Shown here: piece by piece, positions 45,141 to 53,926 of the stretch | How positions within the stretch are numbered: the stretch's first letter is position 1 | Layout of the letters: each line of letters opens with the position of its first letter | Source of the DNA: Minisyncoccota bacterium | GTDB lineage: Bacteria > Patescibacteriota > Minisyncoccia > UBA6257 > 2-01-FULL-56-20 | Direction of reading: 5' to 3' | Length of the DNA stretch: 64,000 nt | Assembly (NCBI GenBank): GCA_041664245.1 | Contig: JBAYLC010000002.1 | Coordinates: forward strand, 11,593-75,592 | Program-made: the position numbers and the translations under genes | Notes under the pieces: model-generated | What the model was told of the DNA's origin: nothing | The model's database searches: none | Seen by the model: the letters and a program-made list of their open reading frames with translations, nothing else

Positions 45141-46178
45141 ATGGTTAGAGTTTTAACAATTGGAACGGGAACAAGGGATATATTTTTAAAGAGCGGATTG
45201 TTTAAAGTTTTACGGGATCCAAAACATCTTGAACGAATAGGATTTCCAACTGGGGAAGCTCAGTGTTTTGCTATGGGCGGGAAAGTTGAGATTGATGATC
45301 TGGTGGCGACAGTTGGAGGTGATGCGGCGAATGCGGCGGTAACATTTGCCAGACAGGGTTTTAAAACGGAAACGCTGATGAAGATCGGTGGTGACCAAAA
45401 CGGAAGAGATGTCTATAGCCATCTCTTAGTAGAGAAAATAAAACCGATTTTCCGACCGAGTAATGGCCTTAAGAATGATGTATCAGTGATTCTTCTTTCG
45501 AGGAGCGGGGAGCGAACGGTTTTGGTTTTTCGGGCTATATCGAAAACATGGGATAAAAAAGATGTGCCTTTGGATAAATTAAACCAGCAAGTTGTTTACG
45601 TAGCGCCGGGGCGAATTCCGTTTTCGGTTTTAGAAATGACCCTAGTTAAGCTCAAAAAAAACGGGGCTTTTATTGCTATGAATCCCTCGAAACATTATCT
45701 CGATTTCGGAGCGGAAAAGTTGAAAAATGTTTTTAAGTATTTAGATTTGATTATAGCTAATCGAGAAGAGGGATCGTATCTAACAGGAGCAAAATATGAA
45801 GATGAAACGGAGATATTCAAGAAATTTGATGATTTATTTGGCGGTTTGGTGATAATGACCGATGGGCCGAAAGGGGTTTTGGTTTCAAATGGCGAAAAAA
45901 TTTATCGGGCGGGAATTTTTAAAGAGAAAAAAATAGTAGATAGAACCGGGGCGGGCGACGCTTTTGGCTCGGGATTTGTGGCGGGACTGCATCATGTATC
46001 AAAAAGTATTAGAGAATTCACCGATGCGGATATAATGCGGGCGATTCGGTTAGGGAGCGCTAATGCTACGTCGGTGGTGGAGGCGGTTGGCGCTCAGCCG
46101 GGGATTTTAACAAGAAGACAATTCGAGAATGAAAGCCGTTGGAAAAATTTGTCGATGACAGTGAAAAGAATTAAATAA
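45141..46178 (+). CDS. PfkB family carbohydrate kinase
   Basis: GGDAANAA, NREE, DRTGAGDAFGSG; ATG 7 nt after TATAAT. Confidence 0.9.
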   Translation: MVRVLTIGTGTRDIFLKSGLFKVLRDPKHLERIGFPTGEAQCFAMGGKVEIDDLVATVGGDAANAAVTFARQGFKTETLMKIGGDQNGRDVYSHLLVEKIKPIFRPSNGLKNDVSVILLSRSGERTVLVFRAISKTWDKKDVPLDKLNQQVVYVAPGRIPFSVLEMTLVKLKKNGAFIAMNPSKHYLDFGAEKLKNVFKYLDLIIANREEGSYLTGAKYEDETEIFKKFDDLFGGLVIMTDGPKGVLVSNGEKIYRAGIFKEKKIVDRTGAGDAFGSGFVAGLHHVSKSIREFTDADIMRAIRLGSANATSVVEAVGAQPGILTRRQFENESRWKNLSMTVKRIK

Positions 46179-46182
46179 AAAT

Positions 46183-47436
46183 ATGTTACCAAGCGAGAAG
46201 ATAGCTAGGATATTAAGGGCGGATAAGGACTATATTAGTGATGTCGAAAAAAGATTGTCGCTTATTACCGGGAAAACGGGGGTTTTGGAAAAGATTGTGG
46301 CTGACAACGATTCCTTGATAAAAGAGCGATTGATGACCTTGGGGGTTGCAAAAGATGCCGATGCTAAGGAGATTTATGATGCTTTAATTTCCAAGATTGA
46401 ATCTGACGATCAAAGGATTTTCCACGCTTTAGGAAATCCAAATTGCCGAGAGGTGGCGGATTGCCAGAATATTGGTGATATTGCGAAGAAGGTGGTTAAT
46501 CCGCCGGTTGGATTTTTCTTAAAACTAGAGAAGGCGAATGAGTTTTTAATAAAGGAGCCGCCGAAAAAGGTAATGGCGTTTTTGGGATATGAATCGGCGG
46601 AGGAAATGCTGGCAAAAGAAGATTTATTGGAAGTTTATAGCGCGCTTCGATTTATCGAAGGAAGTGAATGGTTAAACGAAGTTTTTTTCAAACAATATTT
46701 AACGCTTACTCCTGATGATTTTGAAGAGAGAGAAATTGTGGTTAAAGCACTTAGCTCAAAATGGGGAGAAGAATCAGAGAAATTTGTGAGGAAAAAGTGG
46801 CACAACATTAGCCACCTGAAAGAATTGGGCGTTGTTTTTGTTATTCCAGCGCTTTTGGGGATATCAGGGGAGATTTTACGGATGTTCGTTTTGGTGATGC
46901 ATTATTTAAACGAGATTCCGTTTTACTCGAGGATATTTAAAAATATTGCTAAAGATCCCCTAACTTTCAATAATAATTTTATCTCGCTATTAAGAGGCGA
47001 CGTGATTGACCGGCATTTTCCGGATAGCGAAAAATCGCTTTGGCTGGTGATTCAGAGGTATTTAGCGAAAGATGACGAAAACGATTGGCGGCTTTTTGTG
47101 CCGCATATAAATCCGGAGGCGATTCATTGGTACAAAGCCGAGGAGGGAGTTTCCGGGATCGGAGCGATATTGGACGGTTTTTCTGAGGAGTTGATGTTTT
47201 GGAAGGGCTTGAGTTCGGTGGGCGATTTCTTTAAAGACGAAACTGGTAGCGACATTTTAGTGAGTTTTAATTTAGTGGATACCGTGATGAGCTTAGTGAA
47301 GCAAAAGGAAATGATTAAGTATCTTTACCACCACGAAGAAGCGCTTTGGAATCAGATTTTTGCGTCTTATTTCGGGCGAGAAGGACTAGATCGGCGATCT
47401 GAAGAATATTTACTTCAGGGGTATTTTGAGATTTAA
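46183..47436 (+). CDS. Hypothetical protein
   Basis: 417 aa ORF, operonic with the kinase; no motif recognised. Confidence 0.75.
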   Translation: MLPSEKIARILRADKDYISDVEKRLSLITGKTGVLEKIVADNDSLIKERLMTLGVAKDADAKEIYDALISKIESDDQRIFHALGNPNCREVADCQNIGDIAKKVVNPPVGFFLKLEKANEFLIKEPPKKVMAFLGYESAEEMLAKEDLLEVYSALRFIEGSEWLNEVFFKQYLTLTPDDFEEREIVVKALSSKWGEESEKFVRKKWHNISHLKELGVVFVIPALLGISGEILRMFVLVMHYLNEIPFYSRIFKNIAKDPLTFNNNFISLLRGDVIDRHFPDSEKSLWLVIQRYLAKDDENDWRLFVPHINPEAIHWYKAEEGVSGIGAILDGFSEELMFWKGLSSVGDFFKDETGSDILVSFNLVDTVMSLVKQKEMIKYLYHHEEALWNQIFASYFGREGLDRRSEEYLLQGYFEI

Positions 47437-47477
47437 TTTCTTGATTTTTTCTAAAAAGCTGATATTATGGATGGACT

Positions 47478-48131
47478 ATGAATTTAGCAGTTCAGAATAG
47501 AGAAAAGCTCGAAAAAAACTTAAGTATTTTAAGGCAGAGTGGCCTGGTGCCGGCAGAAGTTTATGGCCGCGGTTTTTCTAATAAACACGTGGCTATTTTG
47601 CTTAAGGATTTTATGAAAGTTTTTAAAGAAGCCGGGGAAAATACAATTGTTAATTTAGAATGCGAAAAGGAGAAGTGGCCGGTTTTAATTTACAACATTC
47701 AAAAAGACCGTTTGTCTGGAGAAATATCTCATGTTGATTTTTATAAGGTAACGATGAGTGAAAAAATTAAAAGCCACATTCCGCTTGAATTTATCGGTGA
47801 GTCGCCGGTTATTAAAGAGAAAAGGGGAATTTTAAATAAAGCGATGGCGGAAATTGAAGTGGAGGCGTTACCAGACGAGTTGCCGCATAGAATTAATGTT
47901 GATTTAAGTGTCTTAGATGAGCTCCATAAGAGTATTTATGCTGGCGATCTTAAGGTGCCAGCCGGAGTAAAAATTATACCTGAATCAAATACGGTTATTG
48001 TTACGGTTATTCCGCCTCAAAAAGAAGAGGAAGTGGTTAAGCCGGTAGATGTTTCTGAGGTTAAGGTTGAAGGGGAGGAAAAGAGAGCGGAGAAGGACAA
48101 GGAAGAAGAGGGGGGAGATAAAGGGAAATAA
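47478..48131 (+). CDS. rplY: 50S ribosomal protein L25/Ctc
   Basis: LR..GLVPAEVYG, HVDFY, LPHRINVDLS, acidic tail. Confidence 0.93.
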   Translation: MNLAVQNREKLEKNLSILRQSGLVPAEVYGRGFSNKHVAILLKDFMKVFKEAGENTIVNLECEKEKWPVLIYNIQKDRLSGEISHVDFYKVTMSEKIKSHIPLEFIGESPVIKEKRGILNKAMAEIEVEALPDELPHRINVDLSVLDELHKSIYAGDLKVPAGVKIIPESNTVIVTVIPPQKEEEVVKPVDVSEVKVEGEEKRAEKDKEEEGGDKGK

Positions 48132-48244
48132 AGTATTCATCGAGGATTGAGAATTTTCGGGGTTTAGCCAAAAGTATCTATTTTACGTTATAATTACTAG
48201 GAACACCTATTTCTTTAAAAGTAGGCGTTTGGTTTTGTTTCATT

Positions 48245-49699
48245 ATGTTCCTTCTAAGACCGAAAATTGTTGAGGATATAAAGTCTAAAAAATATAATTG
48301 CTGGAGGGATAGTTATAAGAGACTACCGGCACGGCTCAATCTTTCTTACCGAAATAAATTTCGAATTTCTTTAAGTTTCTTTTTTACGGTGGTGGCTATT
48401 TCTTCTTCGCTTACTTACATGGTGATTGGTTCGGCGCTCGCGCCGACAATTTCAACTTTGGCAGCTAGTGATAATTCTAACGTTCAACAAGAAAGAGACG
48501 CCCTTGAAGCGCAGCTCAAAGATCTAGAAAAACAAATTGACGATTATGAAAATCAGATTGTCGGTTACCAAAAACAAGGCAAAAGTTTAAAGACTGAGAT
48601 TTCCGGCTTAGACAGTAAAATTGCAAAACTTAAACTTCAAATTAAAGCGGTGAATTTAAATCTAAAACAGCTTGACGACAAGATTGGAGAAACAACCTAT
48701 CAAATTTCGGCGACCCAAAGAAATATTGAGGATAGTAAAGCGTCGTTGGCGGAGATTTTGAAAGATCTTTATCAATCGGAACGAACAAGTACAATTGAAG
48801 TATTACTAAGTAATCCAAGGCTGTCAGATTTTTTTGATAATTTGAATAGTATTAATTTACTTCAGAATAGTTTGCAGATTGCGATTGCCAGAATTCAAGA
48901 TCTCCAGGTTAAGTTGACCGATCAAAAAGATCAACTTTCTTTAGCGAAAGAGGATGCGGCGACGCTTAAACAATACCAAGAGTCGCAAAGACAAGCAACC
49001 GAACAAACAAAACAGCAGAAGAATACTTTGTTGTCGGTTACAAAAGGACAGGAGAGCAAATATCAGGTTTTACTTACGGAAACAAAGAAAACAGCGGCGG
49101 AGATAAGAAATAGAATTTTCCAACTTTTAGGCGGTGGAGAACTTACTTTTGAGCAAGCTTATGAATTTGCTAAGTTGGCCAGTGGATCGACGGGAATTGA
49201 TACGGGTTTTATTTTAGCGGTTTTAGATAGAGAGTCGGCTTTAGGAAAGAATGTGGGAAAATGCAAATATACGACGGCGATGCACCCGACTAGAGACATC
49301 CCGATTTTTCTTAAAATTACCAAGGATTTGAATTTGGATCCAAATACCCTAAGTGTTTCTTGCGCCAATTCAGATGGAGCTTACGGAGGAGCGATGGGGC
49401 CGGCGCAGTTTATTCCTTCCACCTGGGTGATGTATGACGATGCGATAGCAAAAGTAACTGGCAACAATCCGGCATCGCCGTGGAGTAATGTCGATGCATT
49501 CGTGGCAACTGCCTTGTATCTCAAGGACGCAATGAGTGGTTGCACTTCGCTCTATAAGACTCAAGAAAGCCGGGAACGATGCGCGGCGGCAAAGTATTAC
49601 GCAGGAGGAAGATGGAAAAGTTATCTGTGGACTTACGGCGAGGCGACAGTTAGCCGGGCAATAAAGTTCAGGGAAGATATCAAGACGATTACGAGCTGA
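48245..49699 (+). CDS. Coiled-coil protein with C-terminal lytic transglycosylase domain
   Basis: TM, long coiled coil, RESALGKN, GAMGPAQFIPSTW. Confidence 0.85.
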   Translation: MFLLRPKIVEDIKSKKYNCWRDSYKRLPARLNLSYRNKFRISLSFFFTVVAISSSLTYMVIGSALAPTISTLAASDNSNVQQERDALEAQLKDLEKQIDDYENQIVGYQKQGKSLKTEISGLDSKIAKLKLQIKAVNLNLKQLDDKIGETTYQISATQRNIEDSKASLAEILKDLYQSERTSTIEVLLSNPRLSDFFDNLNSINLLQNSLQIAIARIQDLQVKLTDQKDQLSLAKEDAATLKQYQESQRQATEQTKQQKNTLLSVTKGQESKYQVLLTETKKTAAEIRNRIFQLLGGGELTFEQAYEFAKLASGSTGIDTGFILAVLDRESALGKNVGKCKYTTAMHPTRDIPIFLKITKDLNLDPNTLSVSCANSDGAYGGAMGPAQFIPSTWVMYDDAIAKVTGNNPASPWSNVDAFVATALYLKDAMSGCTSLYKTQESRERCAAAKYYAGGRWKSYLWTYGEATVSRAIKFREDIKTITS

Positions 49700-49731
49700 T
49701 TTCAATTTTCGGCTAATTTTGGTAAAGTGGA

Positions 49732-51003
49732 GTGATGAATTTCAAAAAAATAACTTTTAAAAACGGGCTTCGTTTAGTTTTGATTCCGCAGCCGCAAAGC
49801 TTAGCGGCGACGGTTTTAATTTTAGTGGAAGCGGGTTCGGAATACGAAACGAAAAACATTAATGGCCTTTCTCATTTTTTGGAGCACATGATGTTTAAGG
49901 GAACGAAGACGCGGCCAGATGCAGGACTTATTTCAAATGAATTAGACGGGATTGGAGCGGAATACAATGCTTTCACTGGACCGCAATATACCGGCTATTG
50001 GGCGAAGGTTCAAAAGAAAGAAATCGGCAAAGCGCTGGATATAGTTTCTGATTTGTATTTGAATCCGATTTTTAATCCGGATGAGATAGATAAAGAACGA
50101 GGCGTGATTATTGAAGAGATAAATATGTACGAAGATACGCCGATGCGAAGAGTGCAGGAGGTTTTTACTAATCTTTTGTATGGCGACCAGCCGGCGGGTT
50201 GGGATATTGCTGGCCGGAAAGAAGTTATTCGAGCCCTAAAAAGAGAAGATTTTATTAAATATCGGGAAAAGCATTATGTCGCGCCGAAGACAACGGTGGT
50301 GATAGCGGGAAGTTTTGATAAGAAAAAAGTTGAGGAGAAGATAAAGGGAACATTCTTAGGCTTACCTCGGAGGCAAAAATTTCAAAAGTTGAAGACAGTC
50401 GAGAAGCAGGCAAAGCCAGAAGTGGCGGTAAAATTTAAGGATTCTGACCAAAGCCATCTTATTTTAGGGGTGAGAGCTTTCGATGTTTTCGATAAGCGGC
50501 GTTACGCAATCCAGCTTTTGGCGAATGTTTTAGGCGGCGGAATGAGTTCACGGCTTTTCCGGCGAGTGAGAGACGAATTAGGCGCGGCTTATTATGTTCG
50601 CGCTGAGGCGGATTTAACTCTTGACCACGGATTTTTTTCAGTTTCATCGGGGGTGGATCATAATAAGATTAATCGGGTACTTGAAGTGGTGCTGGAGGAG
50701 ATGAATCGATTCAAGAAAGATTTGGTTTTGGAAAAAGAATTGGAAAAATCAAAGGAGCATATGATCGGTAATTTCGTTCTAAGTTTAGAAACTTCGGATG
50801 AAGTGGCTAGTTTTTTTGGTGGGCAGGAAATTATAACTAAGCAAATCATTTCACCGGAGGAAGCTATCAAAAAAATGAGAGCGGTAACGGCTAAGGAAAT
50901 TCAGAAAGTGGCTCACGATATTTTTGTTAATAAAAATTTGAATTTGGCGATTATCGGACCTTATAAAGACGAGGCGAGGTTCAGAAAGTTGCTTAAGCTT
51001 TAA
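49732..51003 (+). CDS. M16 family zinc peptidase
   Basis: HFLEH (HxxEH), NAFT, GGGMSSRLF. Confidence 0.93.
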   Translation: MMNFKKITFKNGLRLVLIPQPQSLAATVLILVEAGSEYETKNINGLSHFLEHMMFKGTKTRPDAGLISNELDGIGAEYNAFTGPQYTGYWAKVQKKEIGKALDIVSDLYLNPIFNPDEIDKERGVIIEEINMYEDTPMRRVQEVFTNLLYGDQPAGWDIAGRKEVIRALKREDFIKYREKHYVAPKTTVVIAGSFDKKKVEEKIKGTFLGLPRRQKFQKLKTVEKQAKPEVAVKFKDSDQSHLILGVRAFDVFDKRRYAIQLLANVLGGGMSSRLFRRVRDELGAAYYVRAEADLTLDHGFFSVSSGVDHNKINRVLEVVLEEMNRFKKDLVLEKELEKSKEHMIGNFVLSLETSDEVASFFGGQEIITKQIISPEEAIKKMRAVTAKEIQKVAHDIFVNKNLNLAIIGPYKDEARFRKLLKL

Positions 51004-51031
51004 GAGTTCTGATATTCTGAGAGGGGTTAAT

Positions 51032-52486
51032 ATGAGTAAATTTTATATAACGACGGCGATTGACTACTTGAATGCCAAGCCGCATCTTGGCCATGCTCTT
51101 GAGAAAATTCAAGCGGATGTTTTGGCGCGCTATCATAGACAGAAAGGAGAGGAGGTATTTTTTTTGACCGGTACGGATGAGCACGGAGTAAAAGTGCTTC
51201 GGGCGGCAAAAGTGGCGGGATTGGAAACTCAAGTTTTTGTCGACGAGCTGGCGGAAGAATTTAAAGATTTGAAAAAATATCTCAATCTTTCAACTGACGG
51301 TTTCATTAGAACCTCGGACAAAATTAACCATTGGCCGGGGGTTTTAGCACTTTGGGAAAAGCTAGTGAAGGCAGGCGATATTTATAAAAAGAAATATCGT
51401 GGACTCTATTGTGTCGGCCATGAAGCGTTTGTGACGGAAAAAGATTTGAAAGATGGCAGGTGTGTTGAGCACCAGAAAGAGCCGGAGGTTGTAGAGGAAG
51501 AAAATTATTTTTTCCGACTCTCGAAGTATTCTAAGGAAATCGGAGAGAGAATTAAGAAAAAGGAATTGAGAATCTTGCCGGAGACGAGAGAGAATGAAAT
51601 TTTAGCCTTGATTGAGAGGGGGCTTGAAGATGTTAGTTTCTCTCGGCCGAGCAAGGATTTGCCTTGGGGAATTTCCGTTCCGGGGGATCCAGAGCACACA
51701 ATGTATGTTTGGTGTGATGCGCTAACAAATTATATTTCGGCAATCGGATATGGCCGGAATGAAGATTACAAAAAATGGTGGCCAGCGAATGCTCAAATTA
51801 TTGGGAAGGATATTTTAAGGTTTCACGCGGCGATTTGGCCGGGGATGCTTCTTTCAGCTGGGTTGCCTCTGCCGCGGCAGATTTTGGTCCACGGATTTAT
51901 AAATATTGACGGGCAAAAGATGTCAAAGACGATAGGAAATGTTTTAGATCCGGTGGAATTGGTGAAAAAGTACGGAGCTGATCCGATCCGATATTTTTTA
52001 CTTAAAGAAATCCCTTCGGGGGAGGATGGTGATTTCAGTGAAGAGAAATTTAAAATGGTTTATAGCGGCCAGTTAGCCAACGGGCTTGGTAATTTTTCGG
52101 CGCGGGTTTTAGGTTTGGCGAGCAAATTTGAAAAACTGGAGGGAGATTTTAAGTTGATAGATAAGGCGGTGGAAGAAAAAATTTCGGTGACGAGAAAAAT
52201 TATTGATTCAAAACTTGGTGAGTTTAGAATTCACGAAGCAGTGGCGGTGATTGACGAGCTCATTTCTTTTGGGGATAGATATGTAAACGAGAATGAAGTT
52301 TGGAAAGAGACGGAATTAAAAAAGGAAATAATTATTAATTTGATTGTTATCTTGGATAACGCGGCATCATTTTTAAAACCATTTTTACCAGAAACGGCGG
52401 AAAAGATTGAAAAAAGTATTCAATGGATTGATGAAAAAACTTTAACAGTTAAAAAAGGCGAGGTTTTGTTTCCGCGGCTTAATTAA
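51032..52486 (+). CDS. metG: Methionine--tRNA ligase (short form)
   Basis: HLGH, GTDEHG, YVWCDAL, GKDI, KMSKT. Confidence 0.96.
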   Translation: MSKFYITTAIDYLNAKPHLGHALEKIQADVLARYHRQKGEEVFFLTGTDEHGVKVLRAAKVAGLETQVFVDELAEEFKDLKKYLNLSTDGFIRTSDKINHWPGVLALWEKLVKAGDIYKKKYRGLYCVGHEAFVTEKDLKDGRCVEHQKEPEVVEEENYFFRLSKYSKEIGERIKKKELRILPETRENEILALIERGLEDVSFSRPSKDLPWGISVPGDPEHTMYVWCDALTNYISAIGYGRNEDYKKWWPANAQIIGKDILRFHAAIWPGMLLSAGLPLPRQILVHGFINIDGQKMSKTIGNVLDPVELVKKYGADPIRYFLLKEIPSGEDGDFSEEKFKMVYSGQLANGLGNFSARVLGLASKFEKLEGDFKLIDKAVEEKISVTRKIIDSKLGEFRIHEAVAVIDELISFGDRYVNENEVWKETELKKEIIINLIVILDNAASFLKPFLPETAEKIEKSIQWIDEKTLTVKKGEVLFPRLN

Positions 52487-53328
52487 TGAAATTTATTGAC
52501 GCTCACACGCACGCTCAATTTTCGGCGTTCAAGGACGACCGGGAAGAAGTTATGAAACGCGCTCTTGGGGCGGGAGTGGCGGTGGTTAATGTCGGAACGC
52601 AAAAAGATACCTCAAAAAAGGCCGTGGAGGTGGCTAATAATTTTAGTGACGGAGTTTATGCAGTAATAGGAATGCATCCAATCCATACGGGAAAGTCTTT
52701 CTATGACGTCGATGAGTTGGGTGATATTCCCGGTGGAAAAGGATTCACAACGCGAGGGGAGGATTTTGATTACGAATATTATAAAGAGCTGGCCATGGAT
52801 AAAAAGGTGGTGGCAATCGGGGAGTGCGGATTGGATTATTACCGAGCGACAAGCGACATAGGAAATGAGACAAAGGCGAAACAGAAAGAAGTGTTTATTA
52901 AGCAAATTAAGTTGGCAAAGGAAGTTGAGAAGCCGCTCATGATTCACTGCCGAGATGCTTATCCCGATTTACTAGAAGTTTTAAAGAGTAATCAGAAATC
53001 TTTAAATTCAGTGCCGGGGATTCTACATTTTTACAGCGGGGATTTGGCGCAAACAAAAGAACTATTGGAAATGGGATTTTATTTTACGTTTGGCGGCGTA
53101 ATTACATTTACTAGAAGTTATGACGAAGTTGTCAAATTGATTCCAATGGATAGAATTTTGAGCGAGACGGATGCGCCTTACGTGGCGCCGGCGCCGTATC
53201 GAGGTAAGCGAAATGAACCGGCCTATGTTGTTGAAGTGGTGAAAAAAATAGCGGAGATTAAGGGAGTTTCGATGGACGAAATGGCGGCGCAGATTTGGAA
53301 GAACGCGCAGGCGATTTTTCAGATTTAA
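52486..53328 (+). CDS. tatD: TatD family hydrolase
   Basis: IDAHTH, IGECGLDY, IHCRDA, ETDAPY. Confidence 0.93.
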   Translation: MKFIDAHTHAQFSAFKDDREEVMKRALGAGVAVVNVGTQKDTSKKAVEVANNFSDGVYAVIGMHPIHTGKSFYDVDELGDIPGGKGFTTRGEDFDYEYYKELAMDKKVVAIGECGLDYYRATSDIGNETKAKQKEVFIKQIKLAKEVEKPLMIHCRDAYPDLLEVLKSNQKSLNSVPGILHFYSGDLAQTKELLEMGFYFTFGGVITFTRSYDEVVKLIPMDRILSETDAPYVAPAPYRGKRNEPAYVVEVVKKIAEIKGVSMDEMAAQIWKNAQAIFQI

Positions 53329-53858
53329 TATAATTCTGGATTTTCAAGATGAATCAAGGCGGTGCGAATGGCTTGTTTTGTGTATTCTTTTCGCGTGATT
53401 CGTCCCTTGGTGATAATTCCGATAATTCCTTCGGCCGATCCTAGTTTTGGGTTTTCTGTTAATCCTGATTTATTAGCGGCTTGGGTAGCATCCAAGTTAT
53501 CTTCAATTATTAATTTGGTTATTTCTTTTGGATATTCAAAAGCCGAGGAAAGCCCAAGGTGGAAATTTTTGCCGTCGTAGATAGCGCACACACAGACATC
53601 CATGTAGCCGCTTTTTGTTTCGGGAACTTTCATTAGACCACTTTCTATACCCAAACTATAATTGCAATTTTTAAATACGTTTTTCGCTCGATTTTGCGCT
53701 CCCCTGATGGTTTCCTCTAGAGATTTCGGTTGATCTCCTACACCTGATTCGGTCTCGATACTACTAACATCGGCATTTTTAAAAAAATTATAATCGGAAA
53801 TTATTTCTTTTATCGCGGCGATTTTTGTCGAGTTTTTTGTGCCAATTACTATTTTCAT
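53325..53858 (-). CDS. yjjX: Inosine/xanthosine triphosphatase
   Basis: GTKNSTK, SGVGDQP, GAQNRA, GIESG, GIIGIIT..TR. Confidence 0.85.
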   Translation of the reverse strand: MKIVIGTKNSTKIAAIKEIISDYNFFKNADVSSIETESGVGDQPKSLEETIRGAQNRAKNVFKNCNYSLGIESGLMKVPETKSGYMDVCVCAIYDGKNFHLGLSSAFEYPKEITKLIIEDNLDATQAANKSGLTENPKLGSAEGIIGIITKGRITRKEYTKQAIRTALIHLENPELY

Positions 53859-53926
53859 TTGTTTTAGCGTTGTTTTTGCTTGATTTTTAGACTAGAATTG
53901 ACTTTATCAAGTGATTATAAGGATTT